The notes beneath the pieces are model-generated. The model did not search any database. It was not told the origin of the DNA and worked only from the letters and a program-made list of their open reading frames with translations. The translations under genes were made by a program, and so were the position numbers. Source: Planctomycetia bacterium (GTDB lineage: Bacteria > Planctomycetota > PLA2 > JAEUHO01). Taken from it: DNA of 40,374 bases. The stretch is taken from contig JAUXCH010000001.1 in NCBI GenBank assembly GCA_030618975.1, positions 1 through 40,374 on the forward strand, in the 5' to 3' direction. This document shows, piece by piece, positions 32,804-40,374 of this stretch (within the stretch, counting starts at the first letter, position 1; each line of letters opens with the position of its first letter).

Positions 32804-34471
32804 ATGCGTCGGCAATCCCTCCTCGTGCTGCTGGTCGTCTGTCTCGTGACGATCGGCGGGTGGTTGCTCCTCCGAGGGGACGGCGGGCACGGGGGGCCGG
32901 ATCCTCTGCCGCGCGACGGAGACGAAGGGACCGCGGCCGAGCTCCCCCAGGCGTCGGGCGACGTCCCCCCGGCGTCCCTCGCGGGCACCTCGGGTGCCGA
33001 GGCGCCGGCCGCCGATCCGGGCACGGTCGGCGACGTCCGTGTGCGCGTGGTGGGCCGGGGCGGGGTGCCCGTCCCCGACGCCCCGGTCCACGTGGTCGGT
33101 CCGCAGGGCGCTGTGCCACACGTCCTGTTCGCGAACGCACACGGCGAGACGACGGTCCCGGACCTACCGCTCGACGGCAGCTTCTCCGTCGTGACATTCC
33201 GCTTCGTCGACGCCGGCCTGCACCTGGCCGACCGTGTGCCGGTGAGGAGCCCGGAGACGATCCTGCGCACGAACTTCGGGCTGCCGTGCGAGGTCGTCGT
33301 GACCGATGCGGAGACCGGCCGCCCGCTCGCCAACGCGGCCTGGTCGCTGTACCCGAAGAAGCTGCTCGTCGACGGCGAACCCCTTCCGCTGCGCAGAGGA
33401 GCGCGACCGATCATCGCGCAGCCGGGGCGGGACCTCACCTACCGACTCGCGGTGGACGTGCCCGCGGGCTACGTCGCGTGGGCGAACCGCGCTCCCTACG
33501 CGGAAATCTCCCGCTACGCGACGGCGCTTGGCTACGTCTACCCGCTCCACCGCGAGGCCGACGTCACGATCGACGTGCTCGAGCACGACGGCTCGCCGGC
33601 CCGCGAGCCCTGGGTCACGCATTGGTCGGTGGCCGGCAAGGAAGGGGCGACGCGGTTCGGCGGCGGCGATACGGAGCCGCTGGCGCTGAACCGCCTGCGC
33701 CTCCGCGGCGTGCCCTACGTGGCCGGCGCCGTGCTCGGCGTGACGATCGCGCTGGAGGACCCGGCCGACGACCGGAACGTCGAGGCCACCGTGCGGCTCG
33801 CCCGGCCCACCCGCCTCGTGGTCCATCTCCCCCACCCCGATGAGTACAAACTGTCCGACGTACCTTTCCCGATGCAGGGCGAGAGCGTGATCGGCGTCGA
33901 AGGGGGCACGGAGGACCTGCCGCCGACGCCTCCCGCGGGCATGCTGGACCTCCAAGCCACACTCCGAGACGGACACCCGGCCGCCGAGGCGACGGTGAGC
34001 TTCCGCTACCTGGAGGAAGGGTACGCCCTGCGAGGCTTTCGCGAGTCGCTCGACGACGAGGGCCGGCGGATGCAGGATCTACCCGCAGGCACGTGGCGCG
34101 TGCTCTTCCACGAGCCGGGGCTCGTCCAGACCGGGGTGACCTTCGAGGTCCAGGCCGGCGAGTCGACGCGCGTCCGGCTCCAGGAGGGCCGAGGCGGCAC
34201 GGTCCGCCTGCGGGTGGTCGATCCGGCCGGACGGCCGCTTTCGTTCGCCAGGTTCCGGGTCAGCGACCGGATGTGGCGCGACCTGGAGGACGGGGTCCAG
34301 CGGCTCGACCCCCACGTGGACGAGAGCGGGAGCCGCACGCTACGCCACGTTTCGTCGGGCTTGGATCTCGAGGTGACCGCCTGGTACGCGGGAGGTCTTG
34401 CGACCGAGGACGTCACGGTGGGCGAAGGCGAGGCGGTCGACGTGACGGTGGAGGTGGCACCCGCGAAGTAG
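32804..34471 (+). CDS. membrane-anchored protein with carboxypeptidase-regulatory-like (Ig-like) beta domains
   Basis: 555 aa. N-terminal TM (SLLVLLVVCLVTIGGWLLL). Repeated patterns such as VRVRVVGRGGVPVPDAPVHVV and VRLRVVDPAGRPLSFARFRV. No catalytic motif seen. Confidence 0.7.
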   Translation: MRRQSLLVLLVVCLVTIGGWLLLRGDGGHGGPDPLPRDGDEGTAAELPQASGDVPPASLAGTSGAEAPAADPGTVGDVRVRVVGRGGVPVPDAPVHVVGPQGAVPHVLFANAHGETTVPDLPLDGSFSVVTFRFVDAGLHLADRVPVRSPETILRTNFGLPCEVVVTDAETGRPLANAAWSLYPKKLLVDGEPLPLRRGARPIIAQPGRDLTYRLAVDVPAGYVAWANRAPYAEISRYATALGYVYPLHREADVTIDVLEHDGSPAREPWVTHWSVAGKEGATRFGGGDTEPLALNRLRLRGVPYVAGAVLGVTIALEDPADDRNVEATVRLARPTRLVVHLPHPDEYKLSDVPFPMQGESVIGVEGGTEDLPPTPPAGMLDLQATLRDGHPAAEATVSFRYLEEGYALRGFRESLDDEGRRMQDLPAGTWRVLFHEPGLVQTGVTFEVQAGESTRVRLQEGRGGTVRLRVVDPAGRPLSFARFRVSDRMWRDLEDGVQRLDPHVDESGSRTLRHVSSGLDLEVTAWYAGGLATEDVTVGEGEAVDVTVEVAPAK

Positions 34472-34500
34472 ATGGGGTGACCCCCGCCTACACTGCCCCG

Positions 34501-35295
34501 ATGGCGCGTTGGCGGAAGCGGCTCCACGAGATCATCTTCGAGGCCGACACGGCCGCGGGGAAGGCGTTTGACGTCGCCCTCCTGCTGGCGATCCTGCTCA
34601 GCGTCCTCACCGTCGTGCTCGAGAGCGTGCCGTCGATCCGTGCCCGCCACGGCGACGAGCTGCTGGCGATCGAGTGGTTCTTCACGATCCTCTTCACGAT
34701 CGAGTACGTGCTACGGCTGATTTGCGTCCGCAAGCCTCTGGGCTACGCGCTCTCGCTGTGGGGCATCATCGACCTGCTCGCGTTCCTGCCGACCTATCTG
34801 ACGCCGGTCGGTAGCTACGTCGGAACCGGCGTGGTCTTCCGGAGCCTGCGCCTGCTGCGCGTGTTCCGCATCTTCAAGCTGTCGCACCTGGTGCAGGACG
34901 CGTCCGCCCTGGCGCACGCGGTCAAGGCGAGCGCGGGCAAGATCGTCGTCTTCCTGACCTTCATCCTCACCGTGATCGTGATTCTCGGTGCGGCCATGCA
35001 CCTGATCGAAGGCGCGGAGGCGGGCTTCACCTCCATCCCCACCGGCATGTACTGGGCGGTCGTGACCCTGACCACCGTGGGGTACGGCGACATCGCCCCG
35101 CAGACCGTCGCCGGACAGATCGTCGCGTCGATCGTGATGATCCTGGGCTACAGCCTGATCGTGGTGCCGGCCGGCATCGTCACCGTGGAGGTGGCACGCG
35201 GGAAGCCGCTGACGACGCAGGTCTGCCCTGCGTGCTCCCGGGAGGGCCACGACCTCGACGCGAAGCACTGCAAGTACTGCGGCGAGCAGCTCTGA
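34501..35295 (+). CDS. voltage-gated K+ channel (6TM, TVGYGD filter) with C-terminal zinc-ribbon
   Basis: ATG 34501 (in-frame GTG 34477 possible). S4 RSLRLLRVFRIFKL. Selectivity filter TLTTVGYGD. C-terminal CPACSREGHDLDAKHCKYCG. The upstream part of the 400-aa track ORF overlaps the previous gene and is rejected. Confidence 0.9.
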   Translation: MARWRKRLHEIIFEADTAAGKAFDVALLLAILLSVLTVVLESVPSIRARHGDELLAIEWFFTILFTIEYVLRLICVRKPLGYALSLWGIIDLLAFLPTYLTPVGSYVGTGVVFRSLRLLRVFRIFKLSHLVQDASALAHAVKASAGKIVVFLTFILTVIVILGAAMHLIEGAEAGFTSIPTGMYWAVVTLTTVGYGDIAPQTVAGQIVASIVMILGYSLIVVPAGIVTVEVARGKPLTTQVCPACSREGHDLDAKHCKYCGEQL

Positions 35296-35350
35296 CCCCA
35301 ACACGCGCTCCGGTGCCGGCGACTCCCCGAAGTCCCCCTGCAGGAGTGGC

Positions 35351-37786
35351 TCAGTTCCCGAGACGGACGTCTTCGAAGCGCGCGACCGCCGACTTGGCCA
35401 TCACGCCCACGCGCCCGGCGAGCTCCTCTTGCGGATAGGCGCGTGTCTCGACCCGTCTTCCGTCCACGAAGAACCGCACGGTTCCGCGATCGACCTCCAC
35501 CGCGAGGCGGACGCCGTCCTCTTCGTGGTCCTGGTAGCGACCCCGATAGCGGTTCATGGGCCAGTCCTCGATGATGCGGTTGACCTCGACCCGGCCCCGG
35601 TCGGTCAGGACGAACACGTCCCAGACCCCGTCGCCGGCGTGGCCGAACAGGATGCCAGCGTACGTGTTCGAGCTCGGCTCCGTGAGGTGCACGGTGGCCT
35701 CGAAGCGGTAGCGCGGACCCGGCTCCTCGCGCATCACGTTCTCCAGCATCTCCTCGGTGGTGATCGTGAGCGCGCCCTCCTCTGCGCCCCACGGACCCAG
35801 GGGATGCCACGCGCGGAATCGGGTCGTGATCGGCACGCGGCGCCAGCGCCAGGTCTCGACCTGCTTCTCGTCGGCGATCCGCGCGCGCTCCTTCGCAAGC
35901 GTCCCGTCCCCTCCGAGAATCAAGATGGCCGTGTCCAACGACCACAGCGCGTTGCGGGGATACCCCGCCGCGACGTAGGCCTGTGCGGCCTCCGTGATCT
36001 GGGTCACGAAGTCCTGGTGGATCGCGGTCTCGGCGGGCAGCAACGTCTTCTCGAGCTTGTCGATTCCCGCCCGGCACTTCTCGGCCACCTCGTCCGGCCG
36101 CATGTCCAGACCGCGTACGTTCTCGTCCCTCTCATTCGTTTCTGCCATCTGCGCGAGCAGTCGGCGCAGGCGGTAGAGCGCCGCGTCCTTCTCCTTGCGC
36201 TTCACGTGCAGCGCGGCCAGGTCGAAGAGCGCCGCGGGATCTCCGCGGCGCTTGTCGAGCGCCCACCGGTAGCTCTCGAGCGCCGCCTCCGTCCTCCCGG
36301 CCTTGCGCTGCCGGCGCGCCCTCTCCAGCAGGTCGTCCGCCTTCTCCGAGCCACCCTGGACGAGGAGGTGGAGTTCGTCGATCCACGTCTTGAAGCGGCG
36401 GACCAGGGAGTCGAACGAGTCGAGCCCCTCCTCCTTCGGGCGTTCGACGAAGTACTCCACGAAGCGGGCGAACGAATCGTGCTTCCCCGTCGACTTGTAC
36501 GACTTCAGGTACGCATCGAAGTGGGGGGCGTAGACGCGTTCCGACTTCTCGTTCTCGTAGTTCTTGAAGAAGTACGTGAGGCCCCAGCCGACGCAGTAGT
36601 ACTCGGCCGGATAGGAGCCGGGCTCGGAGTAGGAGACGACGTCTCGCACCGTCGGGTCGCCGTCGTTCAGGGTCTGCTGGAGGTTCGTGAGACGTCCCTT
36701 GTTGGGCAGGTTGGGCACCACCCTCCCGCCGGCCAGGATGCGTGCGGACTCGAAGTACGTGGCCAGGCCCTCGTTCAGCCAACTGGGAATCGTGCTTCGA
36801 CACACCAGGTGGGTGAACTGGTGCGAGGTCTCGTGGAACAGCGTCTCGTAGAGCTCGCGCAGCGTCCCGCCGTCCGCCCGCGGGTCGAAGGCCGCCACGC
36901 GGTTCTGGCCCGGGAAGTAGAGGCCGAGGGCCGAGGAGTTCCCCGTGTGCTCGATGAACTCCGTGCGCGAGCGGTAGACGTCGATCGTGCATCGCGACGT
37001 CTTGCCGGAGCCGCGCTTCCCCAGGTAGGTCTCCCGGTAGAAGCGGTTCATCTGTTCCATGGCGCGGGAGATGCCCGTTCCGACGCTCCACCCCACGTTC
37101 GTGTGCACGGTGTAGCTCGTGCTCTTGACGCGCCATGCGTCCCGCCAGTTCTCGTGGCCGGCGTCCTGCCGCACGCGACGCCTGTCTGCGCGGCTCGTTC
37201 GGTGGTGGATGGGAACGTCGAGGCCGGTGTCGAGAAGCGCGGCGACGCTTTTCTTGTTCGCATAGAGCTTCGCGAGCTGCTCGGCCGCCTCGGGCTCTGC
37301 CGGTGTGCCGTGGCAGCGTTCGAAGTACTCGACGGCGTTCGCGTAGAGCTTCCGCTTGGCGCACTCCACGCCGAGTTCGAAGAGCCGCCGGCTGCGTTCG
37401 GCAAGGCGGGGGCGTGCGTCGACGGGGAGGGGGTCGAGCGCTGCGACGCGCGCCACCAGATCCTCGATCTCCTCCTCGGACCGGCCTTCGGCCCGGGCCT
37501 CGTGGAGGGCGAGCCGGGCGTACCAGAGCGCTTCGTCCGCCGCACCGGCCTCCTCGGCGGCGCGGGAGGCCCGTGCGAGGAGCGTGGGGTCCGTGGGGTC
37601 CTGCAGGAGTCCGTCCTCGGCGGCCTCGAGCCGGCTTCGTGCGTCGGCGGCGGAATCGTCGTCCGGCTTCGTCTCGGCGGTCGGCGTGCCGAGGCCGAAC
37701 ACGGTCACGACGAGCAGGACGAGGAAGGCGGCGAACAGGGGGCGCGGAAGCGCGGAAGCGGGCATGGCGTAGCCTTCGTCGGACAT
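35351..37786 (-). CDS. DUF1570-type (MA-clan peptidase-like) protein with TPR-like helices and a C-terminal DUF1080/LamG-like jelly-roll
   Basis: Start ATG 37786 (MSDEGYA) or 37765 (MPASALPRPLFAAFLVLLVVTVFG, signal/anchor). FHETSHQF..SWLNEGLATYFE block. The C-terminal ~170 aa (YAGILFGHAGDG..VRFFVDGRRV..ARFEDVRLGN) is lectin/hydrolase-like. The N-terminal 120+ codons of the track ORF are rejected. Confidence 0.8.
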   Translation of the reverse strand: MSDEGYAMPASALPRPLFAAFLVLLVVTVFGLGTPTAETKPDDDSAADARSRLEAAEDGLLQDPTDPTLLARASRAAEEAGAADEALWYARLALHEARAEGRSEEEIEDLVARVAALDPLPVDARPRLAERSRRLFELGVECAKRKLYANAVEYFERCHGTPAEPEAAEQLAKLYANKKSVAALLDTGLDVPIHHRTSRADRRRVRQDAGHENWRDAWRVKSTSYTVHTNVGWSVGTGISRAMEQMNRFYRETYLGKRGSGKTSRCTIDVYRSRTEFIEHTGNSSALGLYFPGQNRVAAFDPRADGGTLRELYETLFHETSHQFTHLVCRSTIPSWLNEGLATYFESARILAGGRVVPNLPNKGRLTNLQQTLNDGDPTVRDVVSYSEPGSYPAEYYCVGWGLTYFFKNYENEKSERVYAPHFDAYLKSYKSTGKHDSFARFVEYFVERPKEEGLDSFDSLVRRFKTWIDELHLLVQGGSEKADDLLERARRQRKAGRTEAALESYRWALDKRRGDPAALFDLAALHVKRKEKDAALYRLRRLLAQMAETNERDENVRGLDMRPDEVAEKCRAGIDKLEKTLLPAETAIHQDFVTQITEAAQAYVAAGYPRNALWSLDTAILILGGDGTLAKERARIADEKQVETWRWRRVPITTRFRAWHPLGPWGAEEGALTITTEEMLENVMREEPGPRYRFEATVHLTEPSSNTYAGILFGHAGDGVWDVFVLTDRGRVEVNRIIEDWPMNRYRGRYQDHEEDGVRLAVEVDRGTVRFFVDGRRVETRAYPQEELAGRVGVMAKSAVARFEDVRLGN

Positions 37787-38206
37787 CTCGCCGAGGATAC
37801 ACGACACGCTGTGCGTGCGCGCACCCTCGGGTACGAGGGCAGGTCCGTCGAGTTCTACGTCGAGGAGCACGACACCCGTCTCCTCCACTCCGCGTTTCGC
37901 GGACAGACTCCGGACGAGATGGACCCCAGCGCCGCTGCCGGCGAACGGACCTACCGCAGGACGATGCGGACGGTGTCGGCCGGCTGCCTGAACGACACGC
38001 CCCGACGCGCCGCTCGCCCGTCGCCCGCAGTGGCCTCGAGCGTCAGGTCCAGGGGGTCGTGGAGCAGGACGCGCACGCGACCCCCGTCGTCGGTGCGAGC
38101 CGCTCTGACCCCAGTACCCTTGCCCCCTCACCCCTCTCGGCCCTTTCGGCAGCGGGGGGGTTGACACGTCGGCGCCACGCGTACCCTGGTTCGTGGAGGT
38201 ACGCCC

Positions 38207-39142
38207 TTGGGGAAGTCACTCGCAAGCGTCGCGTCGGTCCTGCTGCTCTGGGCGAGCCTGGGCTCGCTCTCCGGACCGGCCGCGGCCGATATCACCTTTC
38301 CTCTCCCCTTCTTCACGCACGAGCAAGTCCACAGGGCGACCGTCGACCTCGGTCCCTGGAAGGGCTACACCGTCCGGTTCCGAACGGTCCGGCCGGGCGA
38401 GACACTCGGCCGAATCGCTCGCGAGCACCTGGGCTCGTTCAAGCGGTGGAAGGAGATCGGCGCGCTCAACTCCCTGGATCCGAACGCGATTCCCTCGGGC
38501 ACGGAGATCCTCCTCCCGCCTGTGAACGCGCCCCTGTCCCCCGGGACGGGGCCCGACCCGAAGCGTCCCGACGCCCGCGAGTGGTGGGACTTCTTCGTCC
38601 TCCGGGGGCCCACTGACGGGCTCGTCCGCCACCGACCCGGGAAGCCGCTGCCCACCGGGGCCGCCGACGTGCGGCTCGTCGCCGTCCGGCACGACAAGAC
38701 GGCCGAGGTCCTGAAGCGGGTCGCGGACGATCCCGCGGGGGCGATCGTTGCCCTCGACGCGCTCGCACCCACGGCGGCGGCGTGGCTGGCACGGTCCGAG
38801 GTCCTGGCGCGACACGTCACCGTGAAGAACGAGGATCCGGTCCACACGGTGGAGAGGCACTGGCGCGTGACGGCCCTCGCAGGCGGCAGGATCGAGCTCG
38901 AGAAGACCTTCGAGCGGCGACTCGGCCGCGACGGACGGGAGGCCACGGCACCGGCACCGCCGCAGCCGCCGCCGCAGCCCATCGGCTCCGACCCGGTGCC
39001 CGAACACGCCGGTCCGCCGGCCCGCTGGGACCTGGTCCTCGTCTTCCTCGCCCTCCTCGCCGCGATCGGCATCGCCGTGGTCCACGCGCAGCGATCGCGC
39101 CGGCGCCCCTCCGACCCGACTTCCTCCACCGCGTCCGCGTGA
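38207..39142 (+). CDS. secreted LysM-like protein with C-terminal TM anchor
   Basis: TTG 38207 with GGAGG 7 nt upstream. Signal SVASVLLLWASLGSLSGPAAA. LysM-like YTVRFRTVRPGETLGRIAREHLGSFKRWKEIGALNSLDPNAIPSGTEILLPP. Pro-rich linker, then TM WDLVLVFLALLAAIGIAVV. Confidence 0.7.
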   Translation: MGKSLASVASVLLLWASLGSLSGPAAADITFPLPFFTHEQVHRATVDLGPWKGYTVRFRTVRPGETLGRIAREHLGSFKRWKEIGALNSLDPNAIPSGTEILLPPVNAPLSPGTGPDPKRPDAREWWDFFVLRGPTDGLVRHRPGKPLPTGAADVRLVAVRHDKTAEVLKRVADDPAGAIVALDALAPTAAAWLARSEVLARHVTVKNEDPVHTVERHWRVTALAGGRIELEKTFERRLGRDGREATAPAPPQPPPQPIGSDPVPEHAGPPARWDLVLVFLALLAAIGIAVVHAQRSRRRPSDPTSSTASA

Positions 39143-40146
39143 GCTCCCGGGACCTGCCGTCGCCCGTCCCGGTCGCAGCGACGGGGTTCACATTCGTGTT
39201 CGTGTTCGTGTTCGTCGTCGCCGCGGCGCTCGCGGCCGTCCTGTTCCCCCTCGCGACCTACGCACTCACGCTCGCGGTGTTCGGCCTGGTCCACGTCGTG
39301 GTCGAGCTTCGCTACGTGGACCGCCGCTTCTCCTCGCGGGTGCCGTGGCGACTCGGGACGACGCTGCTCCTCGTCCTCGGCGCGATCGTGCTCGTGCGCC
39401 TGCTCGGACTCGCCGCCATGCTGGGGCGCGAGCCGCAGGCCGCACTCGAGCTGGGTCTCGTCGGCGCGCTCGTCCTCCTCGTGCTGCCCGTGCTGCGACG
39501 CGTGGGAGGGCTGCGCGCGCTCGTCGGTCTCGCGCTCCTGGGCCTGCTCGTGTTCGGGGCTCTTCGAGCGCCGCTGCCGACGCTGGTCCTGTTCGCCGTC
39601 CTGCACAACCTCACGCCCGTCGGGTTCCTGGCCGACGCGCTCGAGGGACGGGCGCGACGGCGAGCCCTGCTCCTCTGTGCGCTCGTGTTCGGCCTCGTGC
39701 CGCTCGGCATCGCGAGCGGTCTCCCCGCCCGGGCGCTCGCCGGATGGAGCGTCGCCGGCTTCAGCCTCCCGGACGCGGGCCGGCTCGACGCGAACCTCGG
39801 CGTGTTCGTGCCCTCTTTCTGGCAGGGCGGCGTCCGGGCCGTCGACCTGTTCTCGGCCGCCGTCTACCTCCAGTGCCTCCACTACGCGGTGGTGATCCAC
39901 GTGCTGCCGCGGCTGGCCCCCGGCCCTGAAACGAAGGACGCCGGGACGACGAACGCGGAACGTATCCCGTGGCCCGCTCCCCGCGCCTTCGCCGTGGGGC
40001 TGGCCGGGGTCGCCGCCGTTTCCTTCGCCGCGTTCTTCCTGGCCTTCTCCGACGCGCGAGCGGTGTACGGACTCTTCGCCCTCGCGCACGCGTGGATCGA
40101 GATCCCGGTTCTCCTGCTCGCGCTGGCCGTGAGACCGGGAGGCTGA
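39139..40146 (+). CDS. polytopic membrane protein with four intramembrane His motifs, unknown family
   Basis: GTG 39139 overlaps the upstream stop (GTGA). About 8 hydrophobic helices. GLVHVVVELRY, AVLHNLTPVGF, CLHYAVVIHVLP, ALAHAWIEIP. The earlier part of the 454-aa track ORF is shadow sequence. Confidence 0.7.
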   Translation: MSSRDLPSPVPVAATGFTFVFVFVFVVAAALAAVLFPLATYALTLAVFGLVHVVVELRYVDRRFSSRVPWRLGTTLLLVLGAIVLVRLLGLAAMLGREPQAALELGLVGALVLLVLPVLRRVGGLRALVGLALLGLLVFGALRAPLPTLVLFAVLHNLTPVGFLADALEGRARRRALLLCALVFGLVPLGIASGLPARALAGWSVAGFSLPDAGRLDANLGVFVPSFWQGGVRAVDLFSAAVYLQCLHYAVVIHVLPRLAPGPETKDAGTTNAERIPWPAPRAFAVGLAGVAAVSFAAFFLAFSDARAVYGLFALAHAWIEIPVLLLALAVRPGG

Positions 40147-40374
40147 TGCCGCCCGCCCTGACCTACGCCGCCGCCCTCGGCGGCACGATCCTGATCGAGA
40201 CCGCCCTGGCGCGCCTGCTGGCCCCGCGGGCCTGGAAGCGCCTGAGGGTGGACGTGCCGCTCTTGAACCTCCTCTCCCACCCCCTCCTCACGCTGGTCGT
40301 GTGGCACGGCGTGCTGCCCGTGACGGGGGCCGAGCTCGGCGTGATCGCTCTCGAGGCCGTGGGCTACCGGGTGC
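40146..40374 (+). CDS. membrane protein, 5' partial (runs off the window)
   Basis: ATG 40146 overlaps the upstream TGA (TGATG). An open GC3-rich frame MPPALTYAAALGGTILIETALARLLAPRAWKRL..LLSHPLLTLVVWHGVL.. runs to the window end. Not in the ORF track because no stop is reached. Confidence 0.5.
   Translation, partial: MPPALTYAAALGGTILIETALARLLAPRAWKRLRVDVPLLNLLSHPLLTLVVWHGVLPVTGAELGVIALEAVGYRV

Noticed and set aside
38161-38187. Sigma70-type promoter (TTGACA 38161-38166 and TACCCT 38182-38187, preceded by G7) for the LysM operon.
   Set aside because: The spacer is only 15 nt and the -10 is weak. The leader would also be very short. Not enough to call.
39194-39217. Tandem hexamer (TTCGTG)x3 plus TTCGTC.
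   Set aside because: It lies inside the membrane-protein CDS and simply encodes FVFVFVFVV of the first TM helix. No reason to treat it as a regulatory or mobile repeat.

Overview
High-GC (roughly 70% by eye, not computed), densely coding bacterial chromosomal segment. I support about 36 protein-coding genes plus two gene remnants. I recognise no rRNA, intact tRNA, CRISPR array, transposase or integrase. Gene content is dominated by secreted, lipoprotein and membrane proteins: DUF1570, a GloVer-repeat lipoprotein, a HEAT/prenyltransferase-like protein, Tat-signal oxidoreductases and TPR proteins. This fits a Planctomycetota- or Myxococcota-like lineage, but that is inference only. Many very long Arg/Pro/Gly-rich ORFs in the track are antisense shadows of real genes and were discarded. 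Loci worth a second look: (1) A PlsC-type acyltransferase gene fused to a YiiX-type permuted papain domain is split by a ~3.4 kb lower-GC insertion carrying a GloVer-repeat lipoprotein gene. The left junction is a decayed copy of an internal segment of the same gene. (2) The lipoprotein's upstream region has a 10-nt homopolymer and a 4.5-copy G-rich octamer. There is also an in-frame 92-codon continuation past its TGA stop. (3) A two-gene operon encodes an uncharacterised 2-TM protein and a signal-anchored TPR-CHAT caspase-like protease. This is my best candidate for an undescribed system. (4) A translationally coupled operon (membrane-anchored protein, Tat-DUF362, NapH-like polyferredoxin) sits divergent from a Tat-signal aldo/keto reductase. 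(5) A small accessory islet holds two back-to-back Phd/PIN toxin-antitoxin pairs and a frameshifted TPR gene relic. (6) A LysM / His-rich polytopic membrane protein operon has overlapping stop/start codons. All functional calls rest on motifs read from the translations; no database search was run.
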